Source: Candidatus Eiseniibacteriota bacterium (lineage in GTDB: Bacteria; Eisenbacteria; RBG-16-71-46). Taken from it: 64,000 nucleotides of DNA. The translations under genes and the position numbers were made by a program. The stretch lies in assembly GCA_963717935.1 (NCBI GenBank), contig CAVQXP010000001.1, forward strand, positions 64,001-128,000. Direction: 5' to 3'. This document shows, one piece after another, positions 60,688-64,000 of the stretch (its first letter is position 1; each line of letters begins with the position of its first letter). The notes beneath the pieces were generated by a model. The model searched no databases. It had not been told where the DNA came from and was given only the letters and a program-made list of their open reading frames with translations.

Positions 60688-61441
60688 GGAGGATCCTCCT
60701 TGCACACGAAAGGCCCCCCGGCAGAGGACGAAGATCGTCCCCGGCGGCCGGCTCGGGGCGTGAGCCAAACAGCGATCGAGCGCGGAGCGGCCCGATTGCC
60801 GGTCTGGCAGGGCCGTCCCAAGCGTCTCGTCACCCCGTAGTCTAAGGAAGCACGGCGCCATCTTCTACAACAGTCGTGATCTGGTTCGGGGCCATTTCCG
60901 CGCCCCCCCACCTCGTCAGTCCCGGCCGTCCCGACAGACCGCAGATATTCCGGGATACCTTCCCCCAGGACCAGGCCGCACCCCGCCTCCGGCGGCTCCA
61001 GCCGCGACCCCGCTCGCGAGGGGCGCACGGCTCGACGTCGCTGCGCCCCGAGGCTTCACGACGGGCCCCGTCTTGGCGCAGTCCCGCTCGAGGGACGCCG
61101 CGGGTTCTTGCCCCCTTCCATCCGCCGCTTCGCTGCAAGCCGCCGGACCCCCTCGAGCAGGACCGACTCGCAGGCCCGGGCGCGCCGGAGGCGGATGCGT
61201 CCCGTCTCGTGCCCTGCGAGTTCCACCGTGGTCCTCCGCGTCACGGGCCCGTGTCCGAATTTGACGAATCACCACCACATCTCTGCCACACCGCACGCCT
61301 ATGCTGCGATTGAAGCGAGAGCGGCAGACGGCGCACCCTCCCCGAACCCGGGTGGTGTGTCGTGCGCCGCAGGGGTGTAGAGTCCGAGGGAGACATCCGA
61401 GCTTCGAACCCGCTCACTCAAGTCCTTTCAGGAGGCACGTC

Positions 61442-63763
61442 ATGCCATCGCTGCGAATGATCCAGTCGTTCATCCGACCGGGCGTCGCGAGTCCCCTCGC
61501 CGCGCTCGCGGTGGCCGCGGTGCTCGCGGTGGCCACTCCCGCTCGCGCCGACGATCTTGGCTGGCCACGCCAACTCGATTCCTCGAGCGGTTCGATCGTG
61601 ATCTACCAACCGCAGCCCGAGGATCTCGACGGCGACGTGCTCACCGGCCGCGCCGCGTTCTCGCTGCAGAAGAGCGGGGACGCGAACCCGGTCTTCGGCG
61701 TGCTGTGGTTCACCGAGTTGATCGAGATCGACCGGGACAGCAGCACGGTGAGGGCGCGCGACCTCGACGTCACCAAGGTGCGGCTGCCGGGCATCACGGC
61801 GGCCGAGGCGAGCCGCTACGAGGAGCTCGTCGAGACCGAGGCGGCGCAGTGGGACCTCTCGGGCTCGCTCGAGGAGTTGCAGGCGGGGCTGGCCGCCACC
61901 GAGAGGGACCGCGCCAGCGTCGCGGACCTGAGCAACACTCCTCCCCGCGTCATCTTCGCCTTCGAGCGCGCGATCCTGGTCGCGTACGACGGCGCGCCCG
62001 CGCTCGAGCCGATCGAGGGCTCCAGGCTCGAGCGCGTCGCGAACACGCCCTACGCGGTCGTCTTCGACCCGTCGGGCCGCGACTACTACCTGAACGGCGC
62101 GAACCTCTGGTACACGGCCACCGACCCGCTGGGTCCGTGGACCGACATCCGCAGCGTTCCGTCCGCGGTGCGCGCGATCGTGCCGCCCGACACGTCGTCC
62201 GGCGACCAGGTCCAGGGTCCGCCACCGCTCGTGCTCACCGCCACCGAGCCCACCGAGTTGATCTCGACGGACGGCCCGCCGCGATACGCACCGCTGGTCG
62301 GCGACGAGTTGCTCTACGTCACCAACACCGAGAGCGACGTGCTGCGCGAGGTGAGCTCGCAGGCGCTGTACGTGCTGCTCGCCGGCCGCTGGTACCGGGC
62401 CCCGTCGCCGGATGGGCCGTGGTCGTTCGTGCGCGGCGACCGCCTGCCCGCGAGCTTCAAGCGGATCCCGCCCGACTCGCCCAAGGGCGGCCTCCTGGCG
62501 AGCGTCGCGGGCACCGGCCAGGCCGAGGACGCCGTCGCCGATGCCGAGATCCCGCAGACCAGCGCGATCCGGCGCGGCGAGTGCGATTTCGAGGTGAGCT
62601 ACGACGGAAGCCCGCAGTTCGAGCCCATCGACGGCACCAGCCTGCGGTTCGCGGTCAACACGGGGACCCAGGTCATCCTCGCCGATGAACGCTACTACGC
62701 GTGCGATCAGGGCGTCTGGTACATCTCCGACAGCCCCGAGGGCCCCTGGTGCGTGAGCGAGACGCGGCCGCTCGGCGTGGACGACATCCCGCCCAGCTGC
62801 CCGGTGTACAACGTGCGCTACGTCTACATCTTCGACACGACTCCGGACGTGATCTACGTGGGCTACCTGCCGGGCTACGTCGGCTGCTACCCCTACTATG
62901 GCACGGTCGTCTACGGGACCGGTCACCACTACCGGCCGTGGCGCGGCAGGCACCACTACTACCCGCGATCCACCACGTGGGGCTTCTACGCCCGTTACAA
63001 CCCCTGGTTGAGCCGCTGGAGCTTCGGCTTCAGCTACAGCATGGGCTTCCTCAGGGTCGGCACGCGCTGGCACTCGTCGCCGCAGCCCGCGCAGCACCGC
63101 AGCCCGCCCCTGTGGTTCGGCCCCGGCGGCTACCGCCGCCCCCTGCTGGCCGAGGATCTGACGCCCCTGCGGGCCCGGCGTTCCGGCCCCTCGCGACGGG
63201 GCCTCGGGAATCGCGCGTCCGCGAATCTCTACAATCGCCCGGAGAACGTCGTGCGCGTGGACCGCGCTGCCCTCCGCACGCCCGTGCGCCAGATCGCGCG
63301 TCCCGTGGCGAAACCGACCCCGCTGCCGAACAACGTGTTCGCGGGCAAGGACGGCAGGGTCTACCAGCGGGACGAGCGCGGGAACTGGAAGGTGAACGAG
63401 GGCCGCAAGTGGAAACGGGCGCAGGTGTACGTCGCGCCACGCAGCACTCCGCCTGCAGCAGGCCGCGGGACGGTTGGCGGCTCGACCCCGGGTGCGGCCG
63501 GGCCCGCGGAACGCCCCGTGCAGCGGCCGACGCCCGTGAAGTGGCCGGTGGGGCGCCAGGTGCAGCCGCCCGCACCCCCCTCGGCACCGCCCCCCTCGGC
63601 GCCGACGATCAGTCCGACGCCGGGGAACCTCGAGCGCGAGTATCGCGCCCGCGAGCGTGCCGGTCAGGGAGCGTCCCCGGGTGCGGCCGCGCCGGCTGCG
63701 CGTCCCGAACCCGCCCGCCAGGAACGTTCGAAAGACAAGGCTCCGGCCGAGCGCAAACGCTAG
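61442..63763 (+). CDS. large secreted conserved hypothetical protein with G/Y/W-rich segment and P/R-rich tail
   Basis: GGAGG SD, signal peptide ending ARA-D, YQPQ, GRWYRA...GPW and VFAGKDGRVYQR segments. Confidence 0.85.
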   Translation: MPSLRMIQSFIRPGVASPLAALAVAAVLAVATPARADDLGWPRQLDSSSGSIVIYQPQPEDLDGDVLTGRAAFSLQKSGDANPVFGVLWFTELIEIDRDSSTVRARDLDVTKVRLPGITAAEASRYEELVETEAAQWDLSGSLEELQAGLAATERDRASVADLSNTPPRVIFAFERAILVAYDGAPALEPIEGSRLERVANTPYAVVFDPSGRDYYLNGANLWYTATDPLGPWTDIRSVPSAVRAIVPPDTSSGDQVQGPPPLVLTATEPTELISTDGPPRYAPLVGDELLYVTNTESDVLREVSSQALYVLLAGRWYRAPSPDGPWSFVRGDRLPASFKRIPPDSPKGGLLASVAGTGQAEDAVADAEIPQTSAIRRGECDFEVSYDGSPQFEPIDGTSLRFAVNTGTQVILADERYYACDQGVWYISDSPEGPWCVSETRPLGVDDIPPSCPVYNVRYVYIFDTTPDVIYVGYLPGYVGCYPYYGTVVYGTGHHYRPWRGRHHYYPRSTTWGFYARYNPWLSRWSFGFSYSMGFLRVGTRWHSSPQPAQHRSPPLWFGPGGYRRPLLAEDLTPLRARRSGPSRRGLGNRASANLYNRPENVVRVDRAALRTPVRQIARPVAKPTPLPNNVFAGKDGRVYQRDERGNWKVNEGRKWKRAQVYVAPRSTPPAAGRGTVGGSTPGAAGPAERPVQRPTPVKWPVGRQVQPPAPPSAPPPSAPTISPTPGNLEREYRARERAGQGASPGAAAPAARPEPARQERSKDKAPAERKR

Positions 63764-63928
63764 GCGCGAGGCGTCCTGCACGGTACCAACGACGCCGGAG
63801 CCCGTCTCCGGCCACGAGGAGTTGCCTGCGCTGCGTCGGCCACCACTTTCCGGCGCGCGGCTGGCCGATCAGCGCAGAGCCACGCGCCACCTTCGTCCAC
63901 GTCTCTCCTCCAGCACGGGGGCTCGCCC

Positions 63929-64000
63929 ATGATCTCGCCGTCACTTGCGCGTTTCCAGGCCATCCTGGCGATGAGTCTCCTGTTCTGCGGGACCGCCAGC
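63929..64000 (+). CDS. 5' fragment of a secreted protein (runs off window)
   Basis: MISPSLARFQAILAMSLLFCGTAS is signal-peptide-like; G-rich SD upstream. Confidence 0.5.
   Translation, partial: MISPSLARFQAILAMSLLFCGTAS

Noticed and set aside
60980..60994. CCCCGCCTCCGGC as a degenerate attR copy of the tRNA-Leu 3' end
   Set aside because: Short, almost all G/C, one mismatch; compatible with chance
63609..63963. Minus-strand ORFs at the window end
   Set aside because: No coding signature; a plus-strand signal-peptide start at 63929 fits better

Overview
Very GC-rich bacterial chromosomal segment from a diderm, FCB-group-like lineage. PorV/PorQ-family and T9SS-sorting-domain proteins and the long SecA suggest e.g. 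Ca. Eisenbacteria (inference, unconfirmed). About 50 kb is densely packed, mostly minus-strand core genes: beta-CASP nuclease, xerD-uvrC, rpsT, Omp85/WD40 protein, dapB-dapA-dapF, xerC-topA-smg-secA, csp, slt, guaA-purH-purC-HAD-purN, comEC, PEGA protein, mltD, a glgC plus glgD-like pair, porV-like, rluB-scpB-scpA-trpS-site-2 protease, an rsbU-like phosphatase and cstA. The last ~12 kb around tRNA-Ala(GGC) and tRNA-Leu(CAA) is accessory: T9SS-type cargo proteins, a GT-C/TPR protein, a GAF-GGDEF cyclase and secreted hypotheticals. dapF and guaA each carry a single-base frameshift, probably assembly errors. Best leads: (1) a ~165-200 nt rod-shaped structured RNA candidate (6S-like) at ~42430-42635; (2) a 74-bp, 84%-identical direct repeat flanking the diguanylate cyclase gene; (3) a translationally coupled pair of a Cys-rich T9SS cargo and a secreted partner right after tRNA-Leu; (4) a GlgD-like degenerate ADP-glucose pyrophosphorylase; (5) a TrpRS Fe-S motif with Cys->Asp; (6) several apparently leaderless genes. 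No CRISPR array, transposase or integrase other than XerC/XerD was seen. Coordinates were read by hand.
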